From the human T2T-CHM13v2.0 reference genome, Homo sapiens, in NCBI RefSeq assembly GCF_009914755.1, contig NC_060926.1: a DNA stretch of 64,000 bases; one strand, given 5' to 3'. Within the stretch, counting starts at the first letter, position 1. Each line of letters opens with the position of its first letter. Positions 40,602-56,194 of the stretch are shown here, one piece after another. A model generated the notes under the pieces. That model searched no databases. It was not told where the DNA came from and saw nothing but the letters and a program-made list of their open reading frames with translations. A program made the translations under genes and the position numbers.

Positions 40602-41290
40602 TTATGTGTCTGTTCTTTTACCAGTACCATGCTGTTTGGTTACTGTGGCCCTGTAGTGTAGTTTGAAGTCAGGTAGCGTGATGGATGCAGCTTTATTCTT
40701 TTTGCTTAGGATTGCTTTAGCTATTTGGGCTCTTTTTTCATCTGATATTAATTTTAAAATAGTTTTTTCTAGTTTTGTGAAGAATGACAATTGTAGTTTA
40801 ATGGGGACAGCACTGAATCTATAAATTGCTTTGACTAGTATGGCCATTTTATGATATTGATTCTTCCTATCCATGAGCGTGGAATGGTTTTCCATTTGTT
40901 TGTGTCATCTCTGAGTCCTCTGCACAGTGGTTTGTAGTTATCCTTGTAGAGATCTTTCACTTTCCTTGTTAGCTGTATTCCTAGGTAGTTTATTCTTTTT
41001 GTGGCAATAGTGAATGGGAGTTCGTTCATGAATTGGCTCTCTGCTTGCCTGTTGTTGGTATATAGGAATGCTAGCGATTTTTGCACGTTGATTTTGTATC
41101 CTGAGACTTTGCTGAAGTTGCTAATGAGCTTAAGAAGCTTTTGGGCTGAGATGATGGGGTTTTCTAGATATAGGATCATGTCATCTTCAAACAGGGATAG
41201 TTTGACTTCCTCTCTTCTTATTTGAATGCCCTTTTTTTCTTTCTCTTGCCTGACTGCTCTGGCCAGAACTTCCAATACTATGTTGAATAG
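40602..41290 (-). mobile_element. L1 ORF2 reverse transcriptase-region fragment
   Basis: [42 protein letters not shown]...[14 protein letters not shown] (FADD motif mutated to FEDD); frameshifted. Confidence 0.95.
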
Positions 41291-42158
41291 GAAAATATAA
41301 ATTTTAAAACATAAGTATTGGCTGGGCACGGTGGCTCACGCCTGTAATCCCAGCACTTTGGGAGGCTGAGGCGGGCGGATCACGAGGTCAGGAGATCAAG
41401 ACCATCCTGGCTAACGTGGTGAAACCCTGTCTCTACTAAAAATACAAAAAAATTAGCCAGGTGTGGTGGCAGGCGCCTGTAGTCCCAGTTACTCAGGAGG
41501 CTGAGAGGCAGGAGAATGGCGTGAACCCGGGAGGCAGAGCTTGCAGTGAGCCGAGATTGAGCCACTGCACTCCAGCCTGGGGGACAGAGCGAGACTGTCT
41601 CAAACAAACAAACAAAAGTATTTTTAAAACTTTTAAGTTCAACTTACCAGTCATATAATTCTCATCATAAATCTAGTGAATGTTAACATTTTTTAGAAAC
41701 AGGGTCTCACTATGTTGCCCAGGCTGGTCTTCAACTCCTGGCTTCAAATCATCCACCCACCTTGGCCTCCCATGGGATTACAGGTGTAAGCCCCTGCACC
41801 CAGCCAAGGGGGCTTTAATTAATAATTGGTTGGTCTTCTTTTCAAAATTAAAACTGCTTTAGGCAGCTTATACTGCAGTTGTTCATCCAATATATTTTAT
41901 TTCCTTTTTTAAAGCGATTGATTGATAAACCAGCCTCCCAAATACCTTTACTGCAACCTAATAAAAGTAAACATATAAATACAGTAAATCTTAATTTTAT
42001 TTTTTTAATGTTCTGGTTCTACTTGCAATCTCAATAAGAAACTTTAAAATTCAAAATCAATTATTCAATAACCCAATTTAAACTTGAATCTGCAGACGTA
42101 TCTTTTAAGCACTCTAATATACCAATTTTAAACATTTTAAGAACCTGAAATAACAGAG

Positions 42159-42687
42159 TTCTTTCCTTTCGCTGCTGCAGCCGCAGCCATAAATATGCTC
42201 AGGCTTTAGAAGAGGTTCGCTTCTAGTGTCCTCTGCTGTGGCAAGAAGGTCTGGTTGGACCCCAGTGAGACCAATGAAATCGCCAATGCCAGCTCCCATC
42301 AGCAGATCCGAAAGCTAATCAAAGATGGGCTGATCATCGGCAAGCCTGTGATGGTCCATTCCCAGGCTCCATGCCAGAAAAACACCTTGGCCTCCCGGAA
42401 GGGCAGGCACACGGGCATAGGTAAGCGGAAGGGTACAGCCAACGTCCGAATGCCAGAGGTCATGTGGATAAGGAGAATGAGGATTCTGTGCTGGCTACTC
42501 AGAAGATACCGTGAATCTAAGAAGATTGATCGCCACATGTATCACAGCCTGTACCTGAAGGTGAAGGGGAATGTGTTCAAAAACAAGCGGATTATCCTGG
42601 AACACATCCACAAGCTGAAAGCAGACAAGGCCTACAAGAAGCTCCTGGCTGACCAGGCGGAGGCCCGCAGGTCTAAGACCAAGGAAG
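42159..42687 (+). pseudogene. RPL19P5: RPL19 processed pseudogene, 3' end missing (probably RPL19P5)
   Basis: Intronless RPL19 with 5' TOP tract TTCTTTCCTTTC; start ATG>ATA (42189), premature TAG (42207); [25 protein letters not shown]...[11 protein letters not shown]...[23 protein letters not shown]; pseudogene number from memory. Confidence 0.9.
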
Positions 42688-43655
42688 TGTGGGCAGAGGA
42701 TTACCCAGGTGCCGAGGCAAGAGACTGAAGGCACAGACGGTTTCAGTATAATAAAGAAAATAGTTAGAATAAGAATAGTCATAATACAAAGTAGATATAG
42801 AGATGATCATGGATAATTATCAATCATTATTATAAACATTATTAATCATTAGCTTTTAATATTACTCTTTGTTGCATTACTAATATAACCTAGGAATAAC
42901 CGGCGGGTATAGGGTCAGGTGCTGAAGTGACATTGTGAGAAGTGACCTAGAAGGCAAGAGGTGAGCCCTCTGTCACGCCCCCATAAGGACCACTTGAGGG
43001 CTCCTTGGTCAAGCGGTAGTGCCAGTGTTTGGGAAGACGCCCATTACTTAGCAGACCGCGAAAGGGAGTCACCTTTCCTTGGAGGAGTCAGGGAACACTC
43101 CGCTCCACCAGCTTCTTGTGGAAGGTTGGATATTATCCAGGCCTGCCCGCAGCCATCCGGAGGCCTAAACCCCTCCCTGTGGTGCTGTGCTCCAAAGGTC
43201 ACGCTCCTTGTCCACTTTCATGTTCCTGCCATACTCCTGGTTCCTCTTTGAAGTTTGTAGTAGATAGCGGTAGAAGAAATAGTGAAAGTCCTAAAGTCTT
43301 TGATCCTTCTTATAAGTGCATAGAAGAAAACGCTGATGTATGCTGCCGTCTCTCTCTCTGCTTCGGCTACCTAAGAGGGAAGGGCCCCCTGTCCTGTGAT
43401 CATGTGACTTGCTTCACCTTGTCAATCACTTAGAAGACTCGCCCTCCTTACCGTGCCCCCTTGTCTTGTGTGCAATAAATATCAGCGCGCCCAGCCGTTC
43501 TGGGCCACTACCAGTCTCCATGTCTTGATGGTAGTGGTCTCCCGGGCCCAGCTGTTTTCTCTTTGTCTCTTTGTCTTGTGTCTTTATTTATTACAATCTC
43601 TCGTCTCCACACACAGGGAGAACACCCGCTAAGCCCCGTAGGGCTGGACTCTACA
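42688..43655 (+). mobile_element. Full-length solo LTR13 (HERV-K HML-4)
   Basis: TGTGGGCAGAGGATTACCCAGGTGCCGAGGCAAGAGACTGAAGG start, GGGCTGGACTCTACA end, 968 bp, internal AATAAA 43474-43479. Confidence 0.85.
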
Positions 43656-43981
43656 GGTGGATCACTTGAGCTCAGGAGTTCAAGACCAGCCTGGCCAACA
43701 TGGTGAAACCCCATCTCTACTAAAAATACAAAAATTAGCCAGGTGTGGTGGCGGGTGCCTGTAGTCCCAGCTACTTGGGAGACTGAGGCAGGAGAATCAC
43801 TTGAACCTGGCAGGAGGAGGTTGCAGCTGAGATCATGCCACTGCATTCTAGCCTGGGTGACAGAGTGAGACTCTTTCTCAAAAATAATTAAAACAAACAA
43901 ATAAATAAATAAAAATAATAAAAATAAAAATACAAAAATTAGCTGGGCATGGTGGCACACTCCTGTAGTTCCAGCTACTCA

Positions 43982-44104
<123 letters not shown>

Positions 44105-44947
44105 TCACCAGGAATAAGTCCAGTCAAAGAGTTTGCTATGTTGTCATTGTTGTTATCATTATTGTTACATGTATTAGAACTGTAACTTGCAGAGATATTC
44201 ATGTAGCAGCTAATTGGATAGTGTGCATTTGAGACTCTGTCTGACTTTCGTTCATATCTTCTAAGGTCATTTTTTTTTTTTGAGACAGATTACAGGCATG
44301 TGCCACCACTCCCTGGTAATTTTTGTATTTTTAGTAGAGATGGGTTTCACCATGTTGGCCAGGCTGGATCTCAAACTCCTGGCCTCAAGTGATCCACCTG
44401 CCTGGGACTCCCAAAGTGCTGGGATTACAGGTGTGAGCCACCACACCTGGCCTCTTCTAAGGTCATTCTAATGACCCATTTCTTCACTCTGCCTCTTAAG
44501 AATATCAAATGTGGGCCAGGCGCGGTGGCTCACACCTGTAATCCCAGCACTCTGGGAGGCTGAGGCAGGAGGATCACGAGCTCAGGAATTCAAGACCAGC
44601 CTGGCCAATATGGTGAAACCCCATCTCTACTAAAAATACAAAAATTAGCTGGGCGCGGTGGTGTGCGCCTGTAGTCCCAGCTACTCGGGAGGCTGAGACC
44701 TCAAGAAGAATTGCTTGAACCCGGGAGGCAGAGGTTGCAGTGAGTTGAGAATGCGCCACTGCACTCCAGCCTGGGTGACAGAGCGAGATTGCGTCTCAAA
44801 AAAGAAAAAAATATATATCAAATGCTCCCTCTGCTGGACAACACCTCAAGCTTGTGCTGAGCCCCAAACCTGCAGTGTCAGTTCCCTCCAAGGTCTGGGT
44901 GTAGTAAAGTGGGTTGATGGCCCTTTAAGAGGCACTGTCCAGCTCTG

Positions 44948-44961
44948 GTTGCCATGGAGAC
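44948..44961. promoter_or_regulatory. CATIP: RFX X-box in CATIP promoter
   Basis: GTTGCCATGGAGAC ending about 37 nt upstream of the ATG; typical of ciliary gene promoters. Confidence 0.8.
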
Positions 44962-44997
44962 AGCTGGACACAGACCGGGTAGAGGCAGGCCCACAGC

Positions 44998-45022
44998 ATG
45001 TCCTCCAAGGTTTACTCCACAG
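44998..45022 (+). CDS. CATIP: CATIP (ciliogenesis-associated TTC17-interacting protein, C2orf62) exon 1
   Basis: cagcATG; MSSKVYST; G|gtggga; ten exons sum to 1164 nt = 387 aa + stop with consistent phases. Confidence 0.9.
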
Positions 45023-45207
45023 GTGGGAAGAGGACTGCTGGGGCTGGAGGCGGGGATCCTCTTCTTTCTTCCCAATCCACCCTCGGGGTAGTCTTAGAGG
45101 ATTCTGTTCTTGGGTGCTGGGGCCAGGACTGAGGTACCCTGCCTTGCCTCCCTGACCCCTGCCCTTCTCCCCAGGGTCTGCCATCTTAGCCTCTCATCCC
45201 TCTGTAG

Positions 45208-45300
45208 GCTCCAGAGCTAAGGACCACCAGCCCTCAGGTCCGGAGTGTCTGCCACTCCCAGAGGCCAATGCTGAAGCCATCGACTTCCTCAGCTCCCTCC
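45208..45300 (+). CDS. CATIP: CATIP exon 2
   Basis: tgtag|GC...C|gtgag; SRAKDHQPSGPECLPLPEANAEAIDFLSSL; 93 nt. Confidence 0.93.
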
Positions 45301-45369
45301 GTGAGCTCAGACAGTGTCGGGGTTGGGGGTGCGGGAGGGGTGCAAGTCTGGAGAGGAGGGAAGAAAGTC

Positions 45370-45412
<43 letters not shown>

Positions 45413-45652
45413 TTGATTCTCCTGGGACTCAGAAAAGGCCTGAGGCCTGTTTGTTGACATTCTTCAAGGGAAGGCCCCCCGGGGACATGGGGACATGGGG
45501 CAGGAGTCTTCACCTGTCCGTGCCAGTGAGGAAGGCTGTGGGATGAGGAGGCAGGTGGGGACTGTGGGGACACTGGTGGTCATGGGGTCAGAGGATTGGA
45601 TTGGGGCCCAGGAGCAGGGGCTTTATCTGTTCCCACGGGCCCCTCACCCCAG

Positions 45653-45853
45653 ACAAGGAGGAGCTACAGATGCTGTTCTTCTCTGAGACGCTGGCCATGG
45701 TCTCAGACACCGGGGAGCCTCAGGGAGAGCTGACCATTGAGGTGCAGAGAGGGAAATACCAGGAAAAACTCGGCATGCTGACATACTGCCTCTTCGTGCA
45801 TGCCTCTAGCCGAGGCTTCTTGGACAAAATGCTCTGCGGAAATTCCCTCCTGG
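45653..45853 (+). CDS. CATIP: CATIP exon 3
   Basis: cccag|AC...G|gtagc; [33 protein letters not shown]...CGNSLL; 201 nt. Confidence 0.94.
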
Positions 45854-46124
45854 GTAGCGTTCCTACTGCCTGATGCCCGTCACTCTCCCCTTCCTCCAAC
45901 CCTCCCCTCCACCAATTCCTAGAATCTTTTTTCAGGACCAAGCCCTTGGCTTTGCCTTGGACCAGGACAAGGCACGGGGTGGGAGAGGGATGAGCGAGTT
46001 CCTCATGGACTCGGGATGAGGGCACATCTTACCCATCCTGTAGTTTTTCTGGGACCGTATTACACCTAGTCCTCCAGCTGCGCCACCACCTTCCCTTCCT
46101 TCAGCCTCTGACCCACATCTCCTG

Positions 46125-46132
46125 TGACGTCA
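46125..46132. promoter_or_regulatory. Palindromic CRE
   Basis: TGACGTCA with intact CpG in a CpG-poor intron; motif match only. Confidence 0.4.
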
Positions 46133-46155
46133 ATGCCTGTGTCCCTGCACCCCAG

Positions 46156-46211
46156 GCTATCTCTCAGAGAAGCTGGAGCTCATGGAACAGCACAGCCAAG
46201 ACTTCATCAAG
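46156..46211 (+). CDS. CATIP: CATIP exon 4
   Basis: cccag|GC...AAG|gtact; YLSEKLELMEQHSQDFIK; 56 nt. Confidence 0.94.
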
Positions 46212-46258
46212 GTACTTCCCAGGGCCCCAGCCTTGACCCAATCCAGGGGAGAGAAGAC

Positions 46259-48598
<2,340 letters not shown>

Positions 48599-48694
48599 TT
48601 TAAACCTCAGTTTTCTCATTAATGGAGAAGGGTCAGGTGACCTCTGGGGGACCCAGGGAGTCCCTGATCCTCCCCCGCATGCTCTGGCCCTCAG

Positions 48695-48781
48695 TTCCTC
48701 ATCCTCCCCATGGAACGGAAGATGAGTTTGCTGAAGCAGGATGATCAGCTGGCTGTGACCAGAAGTATCAAGGAGGGTGAG
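48695..48781 (+). CDS. CATIP: CATIP exon 5
   Basis: ctcag|TTC...GAG|gtaag; [29 protein letters not shown]; 87 nt. Confidence 0.94.
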
Positions 48782-48818
48782 GTAAGGATGAGAGCCAGAT
48801 GGGAGTTGCACTACACAC

Positions 48819-49941
<1,123 letters not shown>

Positions 49942-50015
49942 ATGTCCTCTTCAGAACTCTGAGCGGGGACCAGATTAGATGAAGCCAGGAGTCCAGACTA
50001 ACGATTCATTCATTA

Positions 50016-50157
50016 GGCTGGGCGCGGTGGCTCACGCCTGTAATCCCAGCTCTCAGAAGCAAGAGGCAGGAGGATAGCTTGAGCCTAGGAGTTCGAGACT
50101 TGCCTGGGCAATATAGCGAGACCCCGTTCTCCAGAAAAAGGAAAAAAAAAAAAAGAC
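50016..50157 (+). pseudogene. BC200 (BCYRN1) retropseudogene
   Basis: BC200-specific CCCAGCTCTCAG, GGATAGCTTGAG, GGGCAATATAGCGAGACCCCGTTCTCCAGAAAAAGGAAAAAAA...AAGACA; TSD AA(C/G)GATTCATTCATTA; lacks the unique 3' C-rich domain. Confidence 0.9.
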
Positions 50158-50369
50158 AAGGATTCATTCATTAAAAACCATATGACCGGCTGAAGGCCAG
50201 GCGTGTGGTGACTCACGCCTGTAATTTCAGCACTTTGGGAGGCCAAGGCGGGCGGATCACTTGAGGTCAGGAGTGGAGACCAGCCTGGCCAATATGGTGA
50301 AATCCCCTCTAATAAAAATACAAAAATTAGCTGGGCGTAGTGTCGTGAGCCTGTAATCCCAGCTACTCA

Positions 50370-50549
<180 letters not shown>

Positions 50550-50857
50550 TCAGGAGTTCAAGACTAGCCTGGCCAACATGGTGAAATCCGGTCTCTACTA
50601 AAATTACAAAATTTAGCCAGGCATGGTAGCCTGTAATCCCTGCTACTTGAAAGGCTGAGGCAGGAGATCGCTTGAACCAAGGAGGCGGAGGTTGCAGTGA
50701 GCTGAGACCACGCCATTGCACTCCAGCCTGGGTGACAAAAAGCGAAACTCTGTCTCAAAAAAAAACAAAACCGTATGCCCAACACCTGGCTTGCCCACCC
50801 TCCTGTCCCCTGCCCCTTCCTGGTTCCAGGACCCTGACCCAGATCAGTTCTGAACAG

Positions 50858-51025
50858 GAAGTGAAGACTGGAGTGACTTCTTTCCCCTGGAGCTCAATCA
50901 AGGGCTTCATCTCAGAGGCTGCCAACCTGGTGCTGCTCAGGGTGATGGCCTGGCGGCGGATGGTGCCCAGCAATGCCCGCTTCCTGACCTTGGACACCGA
51001 GGGCAAACTCTGCTATTTGACCTAT
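50858..51025 (+). CDS. CATIP: CATIP exon 6
   Basis: aacag|GAA...TAT|gtaag; [34 protein letters not shown]...GKLCYLTY; 168 nt. Confidence 0.93.
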
Positions 51026-51440
51026 GTAAGGGGTCCCCTTGGGCAGGGGACTTGGCTTGGGAGCGAACTAGAAAAGGCGTGAAAAGCACTGAGATGGGGA
51101 ACAGCTGTGGAGTAGAAAAGGGAGGCAGGTGGGGAGAAAACAGCACAGGTGGGAACGGGGCTTTCAAGGGCAGGAAAGCATGTTTGTCTGGGAGTGTGGG
51201 GCAGATGAATTGAGAGTGACTGAGAAGTGGGAACAGTTCAGAGAAGCAACCCTTCCGCACAGAAGTCAGTCCAGGAAAAATAAATATAGTGCAGGGCTGA
51301 TTTAAAAAATACATCATTTTGGGCCAGGTGTGGTGGCTCACGCCTGTAATCCCAGCACTTTGGGAGGCCAAGGCGGGCCGATCACAAGGTCAGGAGATCT
51401 AGACCATCCTGGCTAACATGGTGAAACCCCGCCTCTACTA

Positions 51441-51963
<523 letters not shown>

Positions 51964-52750
51964 TTAACTTTAGGAAGTGTAACATGTCCAACTTTACTGA
52001 AATATTCCTTTATTATTTCTTAACCCCAAAGGGTGTTCCGTTTTTGTTTTGTTTTTTGTTTTTAACTAAAATTTCATAATCAGCATGCCTAGGACTTCCT
52101 GCAATCAGTGATTTTAAAGCCATGCCACTGAACACACAATTTCCAGTGAGACACTTTGGGGGCTGATTTGTGTTTCTTTGACCATCTTTGTAAATTACAT
52201 TCCAGGCTTGTCTATCAAAACACACCAAGCAGCAATGCATTTGACATGAACAAGCACAATCCATTCCCCTCCGTGTTCTTTGAAACATGTGTTTAACATT
52301 AGCACTTTTTTCTCCATAGCTGCAGCTACAACAGGGGTTTAAGTTTTAATCACAACAGGGACAGCCTGCCAGCAACAGCACAGGTCTGAGGTGGCCACAA
52401 ATCTGTCTGGTCTCACACCTCTGAGCCTCACTTTACCTCCACCCACTGGCCCTAGTAGCTCATCCTACCTCTCCGCTCCCACACCCCCCCGCATACCGCT
52501 TCTCATCCCTGTAACAGAATTTGCCAACTAGAAGCACCTGGTCAGCGAGATGACATGGGAGGGGTCAGGGCAAGGGCAACCTGGAGCTAGCTCCCTATGA
52601 GGGGTCGCCAACTCAGCTTGGAGGTTTGGAGATGCAATATTAAATGTCTTGAGGTTGTTATGAGATGGAGAAAAGGCTAAGGTAAGATGATGGGGAGCCC
52701 TTGGCGGGCATCCACCTTACCTCCCACCCCCCAATTTTGGCTGTTGCCAG

Positions 52751-52875
52751 CAAAACCTGGGCTTCCAGACCATCCAGGTAGACCATCAGCAGGCTGAAGT
52801 CTTCATCGTGGAGCAGACTGTCCACGCGGAGGAGGGCATCCCCATGTCCTGCCAGTACTACCTGCTCTCCGATGG
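52751..52875 (+). CDS. CATIP: CATIP exon 7
   Basis: gccag|CAA...GG|gtgag; [41 protein letters not shown]; 125 nt. Confidence 0.94.
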
Positions 52876-53274
52876 GTGAGCTGCTGATGGTGGGCCCAGA
52901 GGGGTGGTGCTGAGCTTGTAGGTGCTCAAGGAGACCGGCTGCTTCTGGGGATAGCACCAGGAAGAACTGGCATTGAGATAGGAGTGTCCCTCCGCTTTAT
53001 CCATATCATTCACTCTTTCTTCATTTATTTGCTCGTCCTCTTAACCCTCACAGTGCCTCCCAAACCTTCTCACTGCACACCACAGGCCTGGGGTGTAGCT
53101 AGTGCAGCCACCACTGTGTAAGGGATAATACTGAAAAACACCAAGGTCTGAATGACTGCACACTTGATGAAATCACTGTGCTGGAAGAATTGCCTGTGGC
53201 AGGCTGCCGTGCAGTCTCCAGCAAAGCACTGGCTCCAAATCGTAAGAAAATTCAGGGCTGGGCGTGGTGGCTCA

Positions 53275-53532
<258 letters not shown>

Positions 53533-54268
53533 TCAAAAAAAAAAAAGAAAGAAAAAGAAAATTCAGGTGGAAGAAAGAGTTTCTTTCTGTTTTTTTGTTT
53601 TGTTTTGTTTTTTTGAGACAGACTCCAGTCGAGTTTATTTCTTAAAATTTCAGAATAGATATTCACATAATCACTACACTGGGGAAAAGGTAATCAAAAC
53701 ATTGTTGGCTTTATCTCATAACTTAGTATGTTTTCGGTTTTGGTGCGATCATAGCCCACTGCAGCCTCCAACTCCTGGGCTCAAGCAATCCACCTGCTTC
53801 AGCCTTCCTAGTAGCTGGGACTACAGGTATGCACCACAGCTCCAGGCCAACCTTTTTATTTTGAATGCCGCATAGCAGGAGATTCCATAATTTTTCTTTT
53901 CTTTCTTTCTCCTTCCTTCCTTCCTCTTTCTCTCTTTCTCTCTCTCAGTCTCTTTCTTGACAGAGTCTCGCTCTGTCACCTAGACTGGAATGTGTGGCAT
54001 AATCTTGGCTAACTGCAACCTCCGCCTCCCAGGTTCAAGTGATTCCCTTGCTTCAGCCTCCCAAGTAGCCGGGACTACAGGTGCCTGCCACCACGCCTGG
54101 CTAATTTTTGTATTTTTAGTAGAAACAGGCTTTCACCATGTTGGCCAGGCTGGTCTCAAACACCTGACCTGAAGTGATCTGCCCATCTTGGCCTCCTAAA
54201 GTGCTGGGATAACAGGCGTGAGCCACTACAAGTGTGAGCCACTGCGACAGGCCTCTTTCTCTTTTTGA

Positions 54269-54484
<216 letters not shown>

Positions 54485-54741
54485 TGATCCACCCATCTCA
54501 GCCTCCCAAAGTGCTAGGATTACAGGCGTGAGCCACCGTGCCTGGCCAAGAGGCTCCATGATTTTCGAGTGCTGTACCTCTAAAGATCCTTTTTGTTTTT
54601 TTTAAACAGGGGGCCTAATACTTGCCAAGCCCTGTGCGTTATTTGGAGATCCAGAAATGAACACCACCCAGGAACTTAATAAACAAGAGAGGGAGGCAGA
54701 AGTAAAGAGGCCCGGGACAGGTCTCTCAAGGGGCACTGTCA

Positions 54742-55099
54742 TGTAGGAGTCTGCTTAGGCTGCCATAACAAAACACCACAGGCTGGGTGGCTTCAAGAGA
54801 AATATATTTGCTGGAAGGCAGGAAGTCCAAGATCATGGTGCCATCAGGGTTGGTTTCTGGTGAGGGCTGTCTTCCTAGCTTGCAGACAAGTGCCTTCTCA
54901 ATGTGTCCTCACATGGCCTTTCTTCCGTGCATGAGTGAAGAGAAAGCTCTCTGGCATCACCCTTTTCTCATAAGGGCACTAATCCTATCTGATTCGGGCC
55001 CCACCCTTATGACTGCATGTAAACGTAATGACCTCCCCAAAGCCCCTACCTCCAAATACCACCACACTGGGGGTTAGAGAGACAATTCAGTCCATAGCA
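54742..55099 (-). mobile_element. MLT1A/B-type MaLR LTR
   Basis: GGCTGCCATAACAAAACACCACAGGCTGGGTGGCTT...GAAGTCCAAGATCA...CAATTCAGTCCATAGCA matches the MLT1 reverse complement. Confidence 0.8.
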
Positions 55100-55146
55100 G
55101 GCGGTCTGGGAAGATTCTCACTCTCACATGTTGTGTTGCACTCCAG

Positions 55147-55223
55147 GCACCTGGCCAAGAGAATACAGGTGGGCTCCCCAGGGTGCTGCATCATCACCAA
55201 GATGCCTATCTTGAGGGAAGAGG
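55147..55223 (+). CDS. CATIP: CATIP exon 8
   Basis: tccag|G...G|gtgag; [25 protein letters not shown]; 77 nt. Confidence 0.94.
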
Positions 55224-55552
55224 GTGAGTGAAGCCCAGGCCTTGTGCAGGCAGGGAGAGTTAAGGGGAGTGGGGAAACCTGGGCCTTCCAGGATGCAGGG
55301 GGCTGGACCCAGTGTGCTGTAAACGGGACAGGAGCCTGGAATCAGCTGGAGAACATCTGCCCTCCAGCCCCTGACCCCAAGCAATAAGAGGAGGATCTTT
55401 CCTACTGGAAGTCCCTTCCTGCAACTCTGCCCATGTGGGCAGAATCCTGGGGTTTCACCTGAGCCTTCTGTTTGGGTGTTCTCGGGATCTCGCTGTGTAT
55501 CCAAGGAAGGTTCCGGGGTAGGGACGCCCAGCCTTCCTTGTTCCCCACCTAG

Positions 55553-55641
55553 ATGAGATTGAGCCACGCCCAGTGTTTGAGAAGAAGCCCCTGGTATGGG
55601 AGGAGGATATGGAGCTCTATTCGAAGTTCCTGGACCGGAAG
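55553..55641 (+). CDS. CATIP: CATIP exon 9
   Basis: cctag|AT...AAG|gtgag; [29 protein letters not shown]; 89 nt. Confidence 0.94.
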
Positions 55642-55844
55642 GTGAGGGGAGGCTCCACCAGCCTGGGGTTCCCATTCCCCCATGGGCCTTAAATTCATTA
55701 CTGATCTCTGCACCTGATTGAAATGCACACCCGTAGGGGCTAGAAGGCTCCAGAGCCCCTTAGCTCTCCTTGGAGCGAGCGGCTGGGGGCTCCTGGGGCG
55801 CGGGGGTCCCGTCCGGCTGAGGCTCGGGCTCTGTCCCCTGCCAG

Positions 55845-56087
55845 GAGGAGCTCCGGCTCGGCCACGCCAGCTATCTGCGGCAGCACCCCGAAGCCCACGC
55901 GCTCATCTCCGACTTCCTGCTCTTCCTGCTGCTGCGCCAGCCGGAGGACGTGGTCACCTTCGCCGCCGAGTTCTTCGGCCCCTTCGACCCGTGGCGTCCG
56001 TCGTCACCGGCCTTGGGCTCCTCCCACCGGCCCAACCCTTTCCGCTCCCTGGAGCCGGAGGGAGACGCCCGCTCGGGGGCGGCCTAA
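55845..56087 (+). CDS. CATIP: CATIP exon 10 (terminal), RIIa/Dpy-30-like dimerisation-docking motif
   Basis: gccag|GAG; [44 protein letters not shown]...GDARSGAA then TAA; 243 nt. Confidence 0.95.
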   Translation, partial: EELRLGHASYLRQHPEAHALISDFLLFLLLRQPEDVVTFAAEFFGPFDPWRPSSPALGSSHRPNPFRSLEPEGDARSGAA

Positions 56088-56188
56088 GCGGGGCCCAGGC
56101 CCGGACAGGGCAGGAAACCAGGGGTCGGGCTGGGACGCGGGCGGGACGCGCCGGGGCGGGTGCGCTTTCCGGGCTGCGGTTTTGGGGG

Positions 56189-56194
56189 AATAAA
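56189..56194 (+). terminator. CATIP: CATIP poly(A) signal
   Basis: AATAAA about 100 nt after the stop codon. Confidence 0.8.

Noticed and set aside
40602-41329. Reverse transcriptase-like ORFs as a novel RT system
   Set aside because: Ordinary frameshifted L1 ORF2 fragment
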